Assembly (NCBI GenBank): GCA_021813905.1
Contig: JAKAJH010000009.1
Span: 7,346 to 71,345 of the forward strand
Reading direction: 5' to 3'
Length of the DNA stretch: 64,000 nt
Source: Bacteroidota bacterium
Lineage (GTDB): Bacteria; Bacteroidota; Ignavibacteria; UBA10030
The position numbers and the translations under genes are program-made. A model generated the notes under the pieces. It saw nothing but the letters and a program-made list of their open reading frames with translations. It was not told the DNA's origin and did no database searches. Below are positions 1 through 9,000 of this stretch, one piece after another; positions within the stretch are counted from its first letter, which is position 1; each line of letters opens with the position of its first letter.

Positions 1-1
1 G

Positions 2-1882
2 GCCGAGGTCGGATCGGGACGATTCGGCAACTGGCTGGAAGAAAACAAGGACTGGGCGCTGTCACGCGACCGGTTCTGGGGCACGCCGCTGCCGATCTGG
101 ATCTGCGAGTCCTGCGGGAAGCAGAAGTGCGTCGGAAGCGTGGCGGAGCTGCGGCAGGGAGCCAACGTGCCGGAGCCCCTGGACCTGCACAAGCCGCACG
201 TGGACGCCGTGACGTTCCCCTGCGCCTGCGGCGGCACCATGCGTCGCACGCCCGAGCTGATCGACGTCTGGTTCGATTCCGGCTCCATGCCGTTCGCGCA
301 GTGGCACTACCCGTTCGAGAACAAGGACGTGTTCGAAAAGGCGTATCCCGCCGACTTCATTTCGGAGGGGATCGATCAGACACGCGGCTGGTTCTACACG
401 CTGCACTCCATCGGCACATTCCTGTTCGATCGGCCGACGTTCCGCAACGTGCTGGTCAACGAGCTGATCCTCGATAAGAACGGCCAGAAGATGTCGAAGT
501 CGAAGAAGAACACCGTCGATCCGTTCGCGCTGATGCAGACCTACGGCGCTGACACGGTGCGGTGGTTCCTGGTGGCACAAAGTCCGGTGTGGCGCCCCAC
601 GCTGTTCGACGAGGAAGGTCTGGGCGAGGTGCAGCGGAAGTTCTTCAGCACGCTCGTGAACACGTATTCGTTCCTGGCACTGTACGCGAACATCGACGGA
701 TTCGACGGCACCGCAACGCGCATTCCGGTCGCTGAGCGGCCGGAGATCGACCGGTGGATCCTCTCCGAGCTCAATACGCTCATCCGCAACGAGCGGGAAT
801 GGGTGGATGGATATGATGTGACGCGCGCGGCACGCGGCATCAGCGACTTCACCGTCGATCTGCTCTCGAACTGGTACGTGCGCCGCAACCGGCGCCGGTT
901 CTGGAAGAGCGAGAACGGCACGGACAAACTCGCGGCCTACCAGACGCTCCATGAATGTCTGCGCACGGTCAGCCTGCTCATGGCGCCGTTCGCTCCGTTT
1001 CTCGCGGAGGAGCTGTACCGGAACCTGACCGCGGCGGGGAACCCAGATCCGGCGCGCTCTGTTCATCTGGAGTCGTTGCCGGAACCGGATGCGTCGGCGA
1101 TCGACGCGGAACTGGAACGGCGCATGGAGCGCGCCATCCGCATCGTCGGTCTCGTGCGCGCCATGCGGATGAAGTCCAATCTCAAAGTGCGCCAGCCGCT
1201 GCAAAAGATCATTGTGCCGGTCAAGAGTGCGGCCGATCAGCGCGAGCTGGAGCGCATGCAGGATGTCATCCTCGAAGAGATTAACGTGAAGTCGGTGGAG
1301 TACGTCACGGACGAATCGTCGATCATCAAGAAAAAGGCGAAGCCGAACTTCAAATCGATCGGCCCCAAGTTCGGTAAGGCGGTGCAGCCGGTGGCCGCAC
1401 GGCTCAAAGAGCTCACGGCGGCGGAGATCGCGCGGCTGCAGTCGACGGGATCGCTCACCCTCGCGATCGGCGGCGCGGAGTATGCCGTCACGCCCGACGA
1501 TGTCGAGATCCTGCACGAGGACATCCAGGGCTGGCTCGTGGAAAGCGACGGACAGACGACCATCGCGTTGGATACCGCGCTGACGGATGCGCTGATCGAC
1601 GAAGGGCTTGCGCGCGAGTTCGTCAGCCGCGTCCAAAACCTCCGGAAAGATTCGGGATTCGATGTGACGGACCGGATCCGCATCTACTGCCGCGTCACAG
1701 ACCGGTTGGGACGTGCGTTGGACCGGATGGCTGACTATGTGAAGCAGGAGACGCTTGCGCGGGAGCTGGTCCGGCTGGAGGACGGCACGGCGGCATCCGC
1801 GTCATGGAAGGAAGAAGAGATCAACGGCGAGCATTCCCGCATCGGCGTGGAACGCGTCGCGGAACGGAACGATCACCACTAA
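2..1882 (+). CDS. ileS: Isoleucyl-tRNA synthetase, C-terminal ~627 aa (5' end lies upstream of the window)
   Basis: Open frame from the window edge. The translation contains the class I aaRS KMSKS motif (KMSKSKKN) and a CxxC...CxC zinc-knuckle region typical of IleRS. It is followed by the conserved ileS-lspA gene order. Confidence 0.93.
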   Translation, partial: AEVGSGRFGNWLEENKDWALSRDRFWGTPLPIWICESCGKQKCVGSVAELRQGANVPEPLDLHKPHVDAVTFPCACGGTMRRTPELIDVWFDSGSMPFAQWHYPFENKDVFEKAYPADFISEGIDQTRGWFYTLHSIGTFLFDRPTFRNVLVNELILDKNGQKMSKSKKNTVDPFALMQTYGADTVRWFLVAQSPVWRPTLFDEEGLGEVQRKFFSTLVNTYSFLALYANIDGFDGTATRIPVAERPEIDRWILSELNTLIRNEREWVDGYDVTRAARGISDFTVDLLSNWYVRRNRRRFWKSENGTDKLAAYQTLHECLRTVSLLMAPFAPFLAEELYRNLTAAGNPDPARSVHLESLPEPDASAIDAELERRMERAIRIVGLVRAMRMKSNLKVRQPLQKIIVPVKSAADQRELERMQDVILEEINVKSVEYVTDESSIIKKKAKPNFKSIGPKFGKAVQPVAARLKELTAAEIARLQSTGSLTLAIGGAEYAVTPDDVEILHEDIQGWLVESDGQTTIALDTALTDALIDEGLAREFVSRVQNLRKDSGFDVTDRIRIYCRVTDRLGRALDRMADYVKQETLARELVRLEDGTAASASWKEEEINGEHSRIGVERVAERNDHH

Positions 1883-1899
1883 CCGCTGGGATTGGGCGT

Positions 1900-2400
1900 A
1901 TGGCGAAGAAAATTGTGAAGAAGGCTGCGGCAAAGAAACCGGTGAAACGCGCGACAGCGCGCCCGGCCAAAGCGGCGGCAGCGCGGACGACAAGCTCCAA
2001 GGGTCAGGCCCCCGACAAGGCGCCGGTCCGGAAGGGCTACAGCAAACAGGACCTCGAGCATTTCCGGAAGATCATCCTCGAAAAGCGCAAAGAGATCCTC
2101 GACGAACTCGAGTCGCTCAAATCCACGATGATGGATGTGACGACGGGACAGTACGAGATCGAGAATTCCACCTACTCGCTCCACATGGAGCAGGGGACGG
2201 ACGCCATGGAACGGGAGAAGACGTTTCTGTTCGCCTCCCGCGAAGGCAAGTTCCTGAACTATCTCGACGATGCGCTCAAGCGGATCGACCGCGGCGTGTA
2301 CGGGTTCTGCACGGAGTGCGGCAGCCTCATCGACCGCGAGCGTCTCGAAGCCGTTCCGCACGCGCATCAGTGCGTTAAATGCAAAACGAAGAAGAAGTGA
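1900..2400 (+). CDS. DksA/TraR-family C4-type zinc-finger protein with a Lys/Ala-rich N-terminal tail
   Basis: Real start is MAKKIVKK at 1900, inside the longer tool ORF 1804..2400. The C-terminus has CTECG...CVKC, a four-Cys zinc finger, plus a coiled-coil region typical of DksA/TraR. The N-terminal KKAAAKKPVKRA segment resembles a histone H1-like tail. Confidence 0.7.
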   Translation: MAKKIVKKAAAKKPVKRATARPAKAAAARTTSSKGQAPDKAPVRKGYSKQDLEHFRKIILEKRKEILDELESLKSTMMDVTTGQYEIENSTYSLHMEQGTDAMEREKTFLFASREGKFLNYLDDALKRIDRGVYGFCTECGSLIDRERLEAVPHAHQCVKCKTKKK

Positions 2401-2467
2401 ATGAGTGTGATGAATCTCCGCTTTCGCCGCTCCCCTGATCGGCCCCGGCACCGGGGAGGACGCTGAC

Positions 2468-3103
2468 ATGCGCGTCCTGTACCTGACCGCGAGTGTCGTC
2501 TTCGCCGACCAGCTCACGAAGCTGTTGGTGAAGGGATTCCGCATTCCGTTCCTGCATTTCTATCACGAGGGCATGCAGCTCGGTGAAAGCATCCCCGTCA
2601 TCGGTGATCTGTTTCGTCTGACCTACATTGAGAATCCGGGAATGGCCTTCGGCATCGAGGTCGGCGGACGGCTCTTCATCACGGTGTTCTCGATTCTTGC
2701 CAGTATTGCCATCGCCTGGTACCTCTACAAGATCCGGAACGAATCCTTTGTGATCCGGCTGTCGCTGGCGTTGATCCTCGCCGGAGCCGTCGGCAACCTC
2801 ATCGACCGGGTCTTCTACGGCGTCATCTTCGGCGAGGCCCCGCTGTTCTACGGCAAGGTCGTCGATTTCGTGGACCTGGATTTCATCGACCTGAACTTCC
2901 TGGGCATTCACATGACGCGCTGGGCGGTGTTCAACATCGCCGATGCGTCCGTCACGATCGGCGTGGTGATGATGCTCCTGTTCCACCGGCGGTTCACGCA
3001 CGTGGATGCATCGGCCCGCGAACCGGCCACTCCGCTGGCAAGCGGTGAGACCGGTCCCACGGATGATCCTCCCGCCGGCCCTTCACAACCCGTCTCTTCC
3101 TGA
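2468..3103 (+). CDS. lspA: Lipoprotein signal peptidase (signal peptidase II)
   Basis: Motifs DQLTK, ENPGMAFG, GNLIDR and FNIADASVTIG are present. The protein is multi-TM and the gene sits immediately downstream of ileS. Confidence 0.93.
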   Translation: MRVLYLTASVVFADQLTKLLVKGFRIPFLHFYHEGMQLGESIPVIGDLFRLTYIENPGMAFGIEVGGRLFITVFSILASIAIAWYLYKIRNESFVIRLSLALILAGAVGNLIDRVFYGVIFGEAPLFYGKVVDFVDLDFIDLNFLGIHMTRWAVFNIADASVTIGVVMMLLFHRRFTHVDASAREPATPLASGETGPTDDPPAGPSQPVSS

Positions 3104-3108
3104 TTCCA

Positions 3109-4104
3109 ATGACCGTTTCTGAGCCGACGACCGGTTCGGAATCCGCCCGCGAGACTCTCCGATTCGTTGTCCCGGAGGGAGAGCATCGCAAACGCATCGA
3201 TATCTACCTGACGCGTCAGGTCGAGAACGCCACGCGCACGAAAGTGCAGCGCGCGATCGATGCCGGCGCGGTGCTGGTCAACGGCAAAGCGATCAGGTCC
3301 AGTTATCAGCTCAATCCCGGCGACGTCATCGACATCACGCTCCCGCGGCCGCCGCGACCCCAGGCGCTGCCCGAAGATATCCCGCTCACCATCGTCCACG
3401 AGGACGATGAGATGCTGATCGTCAACAAGCCGGCCGGCATGGTGACGCACCCGGCGTACGGCAATTACACCGGCACGCTTGTCAACGCGCTGCTGCATCA
3501 CTCCCGGTCCCTTTCGCGCGTCCGCTCCGATCTTCGTCCGGGGATCGTGCATCGGCTCGACAAGGACACGACGGGACTGATGGTGGTGGCGAAGACCGAC
3601 CGGGCCCATACGCTCCTGGCGGCGCAATTCTCGAAGCGCACGATCGACCGTGAATACTGGGCGATCGTCTGGGGACGGTTCGGCGAGCCGTCCGGCATCA
3701 TCGAAGCGAATCTTGCGCGCAGCAAGAAGGATCGCAAGAAGGTGGCGGTCTCGGCGGATGGGAAGCCGGCGGTGACCGAGTACCGCGTGCTGAAGGAGTT
3801 CGAATTCCTGTCGCTGGTTCGCCTGAAACTCCGCACCGGGCGCACGCATCAGATCCGTGTGCACCTGGCGCACATCGGCCATCCGGTCTTCGGTGATCCG
3901 ACGTACGGCGGTCGCAACGATCAGTGGGGGGGACTGGAAAAGAAGAAGTCGAAGCAGGCGGCCAATCTTCTCAAGCTGATCTCGCGGCAGGCGCTGCACG
4001 CGAAGACCATCGGCTTCGTGCATCCGGCAACGAACGAGCGGATTTTCTTTGAATCGGATCTGCCTCCCGACATGCAGGACGTGCTCCGTTCCCTGGGGGC
4101 GTGA
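3109..4104 (+). CDS. rluD: RluA-family 23S rRNA pseudouridine synthase (RluD-like)
   Basis: An S4-like N-terminus is followed by the HRLDKDTTGLMVVAKT catalytic motif. The gene occupies the classic ileS-lspA-rluD position. Confidence 0.9.
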   Translation: MTVSEPTTGSESARETLRFVVPEGEHRKRIDIYLTRQVENATRTKVQRAIDAGAVLVNGKAIRSSYQLNPGDVIDITLPRPPRPQALPEDIPLTIVHEDDEMLIVNKPAGMVTHPAYGNYTGTLVNALLHHSRSLSRVRSDLRPGIVHRLDKDTTGLMVVAKTDRAHTLLAAQFSKRTIDREYWAIVWGRFGEPSGIIEANLARSKKDRKKVAVSADGKPAVTEYRVLKEFEFLSLVRLKLRTGRTHQIRVHLAHIGHPVFGDPTYGGRNDQWGGLEKKKSKQAANLLKLISRQALHAKTIGFVHPATNERIFFESDLPPDMQDVLRSLGA

Positions 4105-4123
4105 GCCGGAAGGAACGAAAAGA

Positions 4124-4162
4124 AACGCCCGCTGGCGACCAGGCCCGGCGGGCGTTTGTGTT
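4124..4162. terminator. Intrinsic-terminator-like hairpin between convergent rluD (+) and the 4198..5331 (−) gene
   Basis: Arm AACGCCCGC (4124-4132) pairs with GCGGGCGTT (4148-4156). It is followed by TGTGTTG. Confidence 0.55.
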
Positions 4163-4197
4163 GATGAGGCCGGATCACCCCGTGATCCGGAAAAGCG

Positions 4198-5331
4198 CTA
4201 CCGTCGTCGTTCGCGACGGTCGTTCGAAGGTTCCCGCCGCGGGGAAGGTTCAGCCTCGCGGGTCCGCGTGTTCGGAGCGGGCCGCTGGCGATCGAAGCGC
4301 TCCATCAGGTCCCTCCGCATTTCGCTTCGTTCGCGTGTCGGAGTCCGCCGTTCCATCTTCGGGCGCGATTCCGGCTGCACCTGCCGCTCGCGTTGCGGCC
4401 GCTGCGGCTCAGGCGCCGGCTGGGCTTCCGGACGACGCTGCGGTTCTGTCCGAACGGCTCCCGGTTCGGTCCGTGGCGGCGTGGCAGGCGTGAAGACATC
4501 ATTGCTGATGCGCCGATCGCCGCGCCGGGCGGTGACAGTGCCGGGCGCCGTGCGCAGGTCGCGGTCATTCGGCCGCATGGTCTCGATCCGCTCGATGCGT
4601 TGCGCGCCTCCCGGCCGCACGATCTGCTCTCCCTGTCGGTCGGTCCGGTCGATCACTTCCGTGCGCTCGAATCGCCGGCGTCCGTGCTGCTCGAAGAATG
4701 TCCGATCCACACCGGCGTTGAACACCCGATCACCGCGCATTTCATACGATCGCTGGGTCCGTGTCACGCCGATCAGTCGCCGCGCTCGCGATTCCGGGAC
4801 CACATCGCGATAGCGGATCTCGTCGCCGAAACGATTGACCCCCACGAAGTTCCAGTAGCGCGCCGGCGCCGCCCAGCGATGCCCGAACGAGATGCCGACG
4901 GAAACGTGAAATGTCGCGAACGGAGGTAACGGTGCCCACCCGACATACGCATCGTCGTATCGCCACTCGACCCACGCCGGGCCCCACACGTCGTCGGGCA
5001 CCCAGATCCATCCGCAATAATCGTCGTACGTCCAGCGGCCATAATGGTACGTGACCCACCCGAACGGTTCACTCGAGACCCAGTACCATCCGTAGTCGGT
5101 CCACATCCACCGTCCCAGCATGTACGGCCGCCAACTCCGGCGCATATGCAGCGGACGCCACACGTACATGCCGTCGTTGATGACGATCCATTCTCCGTAG
5201 GGGAGCAGCGGACGATAGAAGTAACCGAACCGGAATTCGACGCCGCTTGCGGGAGTTGCCGCGTGCGATGCTTCCGGCGCGACGGAACCGATCAGCAGCA
5301 CACCGAACAGCAAAAAGAATGTCTTCTTCAT
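4198..5331 (-). CDS. Secreted hypothetical protein: signal peptide, Trp/Tyr-rich domain, Arg/Glu/Pro-rich low-complexity C-terminal tail
   Basis: Probable start is MKKTFFLLFGVLLIGSVAPEASHAA (signal peptide) at 5331, inside tool ORF 4198..5427. The domain has dense W/Y repeats (YGWYWVSSEPFGWVTYHYGRWTY, CGWIWVPDDVWGPAWVEWRY). The last ~150 aa are R/E/P/Q-rich (PEPQRPQRERQ, RRERRR). Confidence 0.6.
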   Translation of the reverse strand: MKKTFFLLFGVLLIGSVAPEASHAATPASGVEFRFGYFYRPLLPYGEWIVINDGMYVWRPLHMRRSWRPYMLGRWMWTDYGWYWVSSEPFGWVTYHYGRWTYDDYCGWIWVPDDVWGPAWVEWRYDDAYVGWAPLPPFATFHVSVGISFGHRWAAPARYWNFVGVNRFGDEIRYRDVVPESRARRLIGVTRTQRSYEMRGDRVFNAGVDRTFFEQHGRRRFERTEVIDRTDRQGEQIVRPGGAQRIERIETMRPNDRDLRTAPGTVTARRGDRRISNDVFTPATPPRTEPGAVRTEPQRRPEAQPAPEPQRPQRERQVQPESRPKMERRTPTRERSEMRRDLMERFDRQRPAPNTRTREAEPSPRREPSNDRRERRR

Positions 5332-5659
5332 GGCAGTCACCTCACTGGAGCCGTTTGCTGATGCAATGGGTGCAAGACTCGTACCACCCGCCGCAGGCGT
5401 AATCAGGGGAATGAATGGCGCTGTCACTCTTCGATCCGTCCACTGAAATATGCAATTCGTGTTGTTGAATGGACAGTGCCTTGGCTTGATTCACTGGACA
5501 AAAAGCCGCAATTTCACGCCAAAGTTCGTTTCAGATACCGTGCGGAACCGGTGCGACGACCCGGAAACTGCCCGGAATTTCGGGTATTGTGGCCGACGCA
5601 AAACCGGCGGGGCCCGTCCTGCACCGCAGGGAAATCTTTAGACAAAGGAGTAAGCGTCA

Positions 5660-5839
5660 ATGGCAGCAATCGATACGTTCGACTGGTACGTGAGCAAATT
5701 CTATCCGCATCCCGATCCGCAGACGGAGCAGAGACTTCGCTCGGAACGGGCAAAACTCCTGGATCTCCGGAACGAGGACATGCGGAAGCGATTCGTCGAC
5801 GCGCTCGTGGCGCGCGCCCACGCGGACGCAAAGCACTGA
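5660..5839 (+). CDS. Small hypothetical protein (59 aa), below the size cutoff of the ORF track
   Basis: ATG at 5660 is preceded by AAAGGAG with 9-nt spacing. Translation is MAAIDTFDWYVSKFYPHPDPQTEQRLRSERAKLLDLRNEDMRKRFVDALVARAHADAKH, stop at 5837-5839. It lies in a 460-bp intergenic region upstream of the GH31 gene. Confidence 0.4.
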   Translation: MAAIDTFDWYVSKFYPHPDPQTEQRLRSERAKLLDLRNEDMRKRFVDALVARAHADAKH

Positions 5840-5893
5840 TTCGCCCCTCATGGTTCTTCCGTCCATCCTCCGTCAATCGATGAGTCTCAGATC

Positions 5894-8368
5894 ATGAAGC
5901 GTCTCTCGCTCTTCCTCGTCCTGATTGCCGTTGCTGCCGCGTCGTTGCGCGCACAGTGGCACTCGATCGGCAACGCCGATTCCGTCCGGATGGCCGACGG
6001 CCGAACCCTCGAGCTGCGTGCCGGAACCACCGGCGTTCGCATCACGATCCTGGCGGACGATCTGGTGAGGATCCAGGCGGATCAACAAGGGACTCCGCCT
6101 TCCGGCTCGTCGGTGGCAGTCGAGAAGACCGACTGGCCCGAGATCCTGCCATCCGCGATGCTCACCGGTGATTCGGCCGTCCTGTCCACGAGTCAGATTA
6201 CTGTTGTCGTGACAAAGTCTCCTGTCCGGATCACTGTGCGGAAGCAGGATGGCACGGTGCTCTGCCAGGATGACGAGCGGGGGATGGCCTGGGACGGCGC
6301 AAACATCCGCGTGTGGAAGAAGCGCCAGGCGGGCGAGCAATTCTTCGGACTGGGAGAGAAGACCGGCGCGCTGAACCGGACCGGCAAGGCGTTCGCCATG
6401 TGGAATTCCGACATCCCCGCGTACAAGGCTGACACGGATCCGCTGTATGAGTCAATCCCGTTTTTCTATTCGCTCCGCCATGGAGCCGTGTACGGGATCT
6501 ACTTCGACGATACGTACCGGACATCATTCGATCTCGGCGTCGAGTCACCGGACGCGTACTCGTTCGGTGCGACAGGCGGGGCCATTGACTACTACGTCTT
6601 CGCCGGACAGACTCCTCGCCAAATCCTCGGACGGTTCACGGAATTGGTCGGGCGCATGCCGATGCCGCCCCGATGGGCGCTCGGCTATCAGCAATGCCGC
6701 TGGAGCTACTCGCCGGAGAGCAAGGTCCGGGCGATCGCAAGAACCTTCCGGCAGAAGAAGATCCCGTGCGACGTGATTTATCTCGACATCGACTACATGG
6801 ACGGCTACCGCGTGTTCACGTGGAGTCCGAAGAATTTTCCCGAACCGAAGAAGCTCCTTGCAGATCTTGCGGCGGAGGGATTCAAGGTCGTGACCATCAT
6901 CGATCCCGGCATCAAGGCCGATTCGGCATACCATGCATTTCAGACGGGACTCGCCGACAACGCGTTTCTGAAGTATCCGGACGGACGGTTGTATCTGGGA
7001 AAGGTCTGGCCGGGCATTTGCGCGTTTCCCGACTTCACGGACGCGGCGGCCCGGGCATGGTGGGGAGCGAATTTCTCCGTTCTGATCGACGCCGGCGTCC
7101 GGGGATTCTGGAATGACATGAATGAACCTTCGGTCTTCGATGTCCCATCGAAGACGATCGACCTCGACGTGGTGCACAACGACGACGGTCGCCGGACATC
7201 GCATGCCGCGAATCACAATATCTACGGTCTGCAGATGACCCGCGCGACGTATGACGGCGTCCGCGCGCTCCGGCCGGAGGAACGGCCGTTCATTCTCACG
7301 CGCGCATCGTTTGCCGGCGGACAGCGCTACGCCGCCGCGTGGACAGGAGACAACGTATCGTCGTGGGAACATCTGCAGCTTGCCGTCCCGATGTGTCTCG
7401 GGCTGAGCATCTCGGGCCAGCCGTTCGTCGGGACGGACATCGGCGGATTCATCGGCGCGCCGGACGGCGAACTGTTCGCCCGATGGCTTCAGCTGGGCGT
7501 CTTCACGCCGCTCATGCGCGCCCATAGCGTCATCAACAGCCCGGACAAGGAGCCGTGGGCGTTCGGTCCGGTGTACGAGGCCGTGAACCGATCGACCATC
7601 GAACTCCGCTACCGGTTGCTGCCGTACATCTACAATGCGATGCATCGTGCCAGCATCACCGGCATTCCGCCCATGCGTCCGTTGATCTTCGACTTTCCGA
7701 ACGACGACGCCTATCTGATGGACGAGACCGACTTCTTGTTCGGGGACGACCTGCTGGTGGCGCCGGTACTCTGGCCGGGACAGCGAACGCAGGACGTGCG
7801 TTTGCCGGCCGGGACGTGGTACGACTACTGGACAGACCGCGAATTCCGAGGCGGCGCGAACGTCACGGTCGAAGCGCCCATTGACCGCGTCCCGTTCTTC
7901 GTGAAGGCCGGTGCCATCCTCCCGACGCAGCAGCCCATGCAGTACGTCGATCAGGCGCCCGTCAGCCCGCTCACGTTGACTGTCTATCCGGCGGATTCAT
8001 CTTCGACGACGTATTACGGCGATGACGGGATTTCATTCGGATACCGGAAGGGCCAGTACTCTGAGCGGACGATCACGCAGCAGCGTTCCGCCGCACGCGT
8101 CGTGCTCACGTTCACGGCGAGCGAGGGTTCCTATCCGGTCCCGCGCCGGTACGTGGATGTTCGGTTTCTGCATGTCGCCGAGGCTCCCGCGTCGGTTGCG
8201 ATCGAAGGAAAGGTGCTTGCGCGTCTGGGGAAGACGGACGGGGGAGAGGGATGGTGGTTCGACGGGAAGAAACATCTGCTCGGCGTCCGCATGACGGATC
8301 GCGCGGAGGCATTTACGGTCTCCGCGACGTTCGCATCGTCCGATGCCGGAGGAGTGCGGCGCCGTTGA
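5894..8368 (+). CDS. Glycoside hydrolase family 31 alpha-glucosidase/alpha-xylosidase, secreted
   Basis: Signal peptide MKRLSLFLVLIAVAAASLRAQ. GH31 signatures WNDMNEPSVFD (nucleophile region) and VGTDIGGFIG (acid/base region). 824 aa. Confidence 0.88.
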   Translation: MKRLSLFLVLIAVAAASLRAQWHSIGNADSVRMADGRTLELRAGTTGVRITILADDLVRIQADQQGTPPSGSSVAVEKTDWPEILPSAMLTGDSAVLSTSQITVVVTKSPVRITVRKQDGTVLCQDDERGMAWDGANIRVWKKRQAGEQFFGLGEKTGALNRTGKAFAMWNSDIPAYKADTDPLYESIPFFYSLRHGAVYGIYFDDTYRTSFDLGVESPDAYSFGATGGAIDYYVFAGQTPRQILGRFTELVGRMPMPPRWALGYQQCRWSYSPESKVRAIARTFRQKKIPCDVIYLDIDYMDGYRVFTWSPKNFPEPKKLLADLAAEGFKVVTIIDPGIKADSAYHAFQTGLADNAFLKYPDGRLYLGKVWPGICAFPDFTDAAARAWWGANFSVLIDAGVRGFWNDMNEPSVFDVPSKTIDLDVVHNDDGRRTSHAANHNIYGLQMTRATYDGVRALRPEERPFILTRASFAGGQRYAAAWTGDNVSSWEHLQLAVPMCLGLSISGQPFVGTDIGGFIGAPDGELFARWLQLGVFTPLMRAHSVINSPDKEPWAFGPVYEAVNRSTIELRYRLLPYIYNAMHRASITGIPPMRPLIFDFPNDDAYLMDETDFLFGDDLLVAPVLWPGQRTQDVRLPAGTWYDYWTDREFRGGANVTVEAPIDRVPFFVKAGAILPTQQPMQYVDQAPVSPLTLTVYPADSSSTTYYGDDGISFGYRKGQYSERTITQQRSAARVVLTFTASEGSYPVPRRYVDVRFLHVAEAPASVAIEGKVLARLGKTDGGEGWWFDGKKHLLGVRMTDRAEAFTVSATFASSDAGGVRRR

Positions 8369-9000
8369 CCATCCGGGCGATCATTGTCATCGCGGCATAT
8401 CTCGCCGCACAGATGCTCTCGGACATCACCAGCCTGAAGATCATCGCGATCGCCGGTCTGTCGATGGATGCGGGAACACTCGTTTATCCGCTGACGTTCA
8501 CTTTGCGCGACCTGGTGCACAAGTCGCTTGGCATGCAGGCGGCGCGGGTTCTCATCGTCACGGCGGCGGTGATCAATGTCGTCATGGCCGTGTTGTTCTG
8601 GCTGGTCTCCGTGATCCCGGGCGATCCGCAGATCGGCCCGCAGACCGCGTTCGCGGCGGTGCTGGCGCCGGTGTGGCGCATCGTCGGCGCGTCCATCGCG
8701 GCGGAGGTGCTGGCGGAGCTGCTTGATACGGAAGTGTATCACCGCTGGTCGCTGAGGATGGGCTCGCGGTACCAGTGGTCGCGCGTGCTGGTCAGCAACG
8801 GCGTCAGCACGCCGATCGACAGCATGCTGTTCGCCTGGCTGGCATTCGGCGGCATGTATCCGGCGGCGGTGGTGTGGGGCATCGTGGCCAGCAACGTTCT
8901 TCTGAAGTACGGCATGACCATCGTCGGTATGCCGCTCATCTATACCGTGCGCGAGCAACCTGCGCACGAAGCCATGCAGGACCCCGGAGCAGTGTCATGA
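8365..9000 (+). CDS. yhhQ: YhhQ/QueT-family (DUF165) queuosine-precursor transporter
   Basis: Multi-TM protein resembling E. coli YhhQ ([14 protein letters not shown]; hydrophobic core). Probable TTG start at 8365 overlaps the GH31 stop (TTGA). The tool ORF starts at 8251 inside GH31. Confidence 0.65.
   Translation: MTIRAIIVIAAYLAAQMLSDITSLKIIAIAGLSMDAGTLVYPLTFTLRDLVHKSLGMQAARVLIVTAAVINVVMAVLFWLVSVIPGDPQIGPQTAFAAVLAPVWRIVGASIAAEVLAELLDTEVYHRWSLRMGSRYQWSRVLVSNGVSTPIDSMLFAWLAFGGMYPAAVVWGIVASNVLLKYGMTIVGMPLIYTVREQPAHEAMQDPGAVS

Noticed and set aside
4101-4493. ORF 4101..4493 (+, 130 aa) and similar + ORFs (4049..4813, 4393..4929) overlapping the minus-strand secreted-protein gene.
   Set aside because: They are antisense to a gene with a clear signal peptide and domain structure. 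Their translations are Arg/Ala/Pro-rich with no features.
8775-8996. N-terminal extensions proposed by the ORF track for guaA (from 8775), for the ABC permease (from 10956), the DksA-like gene (from 1804), pdhA (to 57458), E2 (to 55411) and others.
   Set aside because: The conserved protein N-termini begin at internal Met/GTG codons with good RBSs or overlap coupling to the upstream gene. The extensions overlap upstream genes and encode Arg-rich junk.
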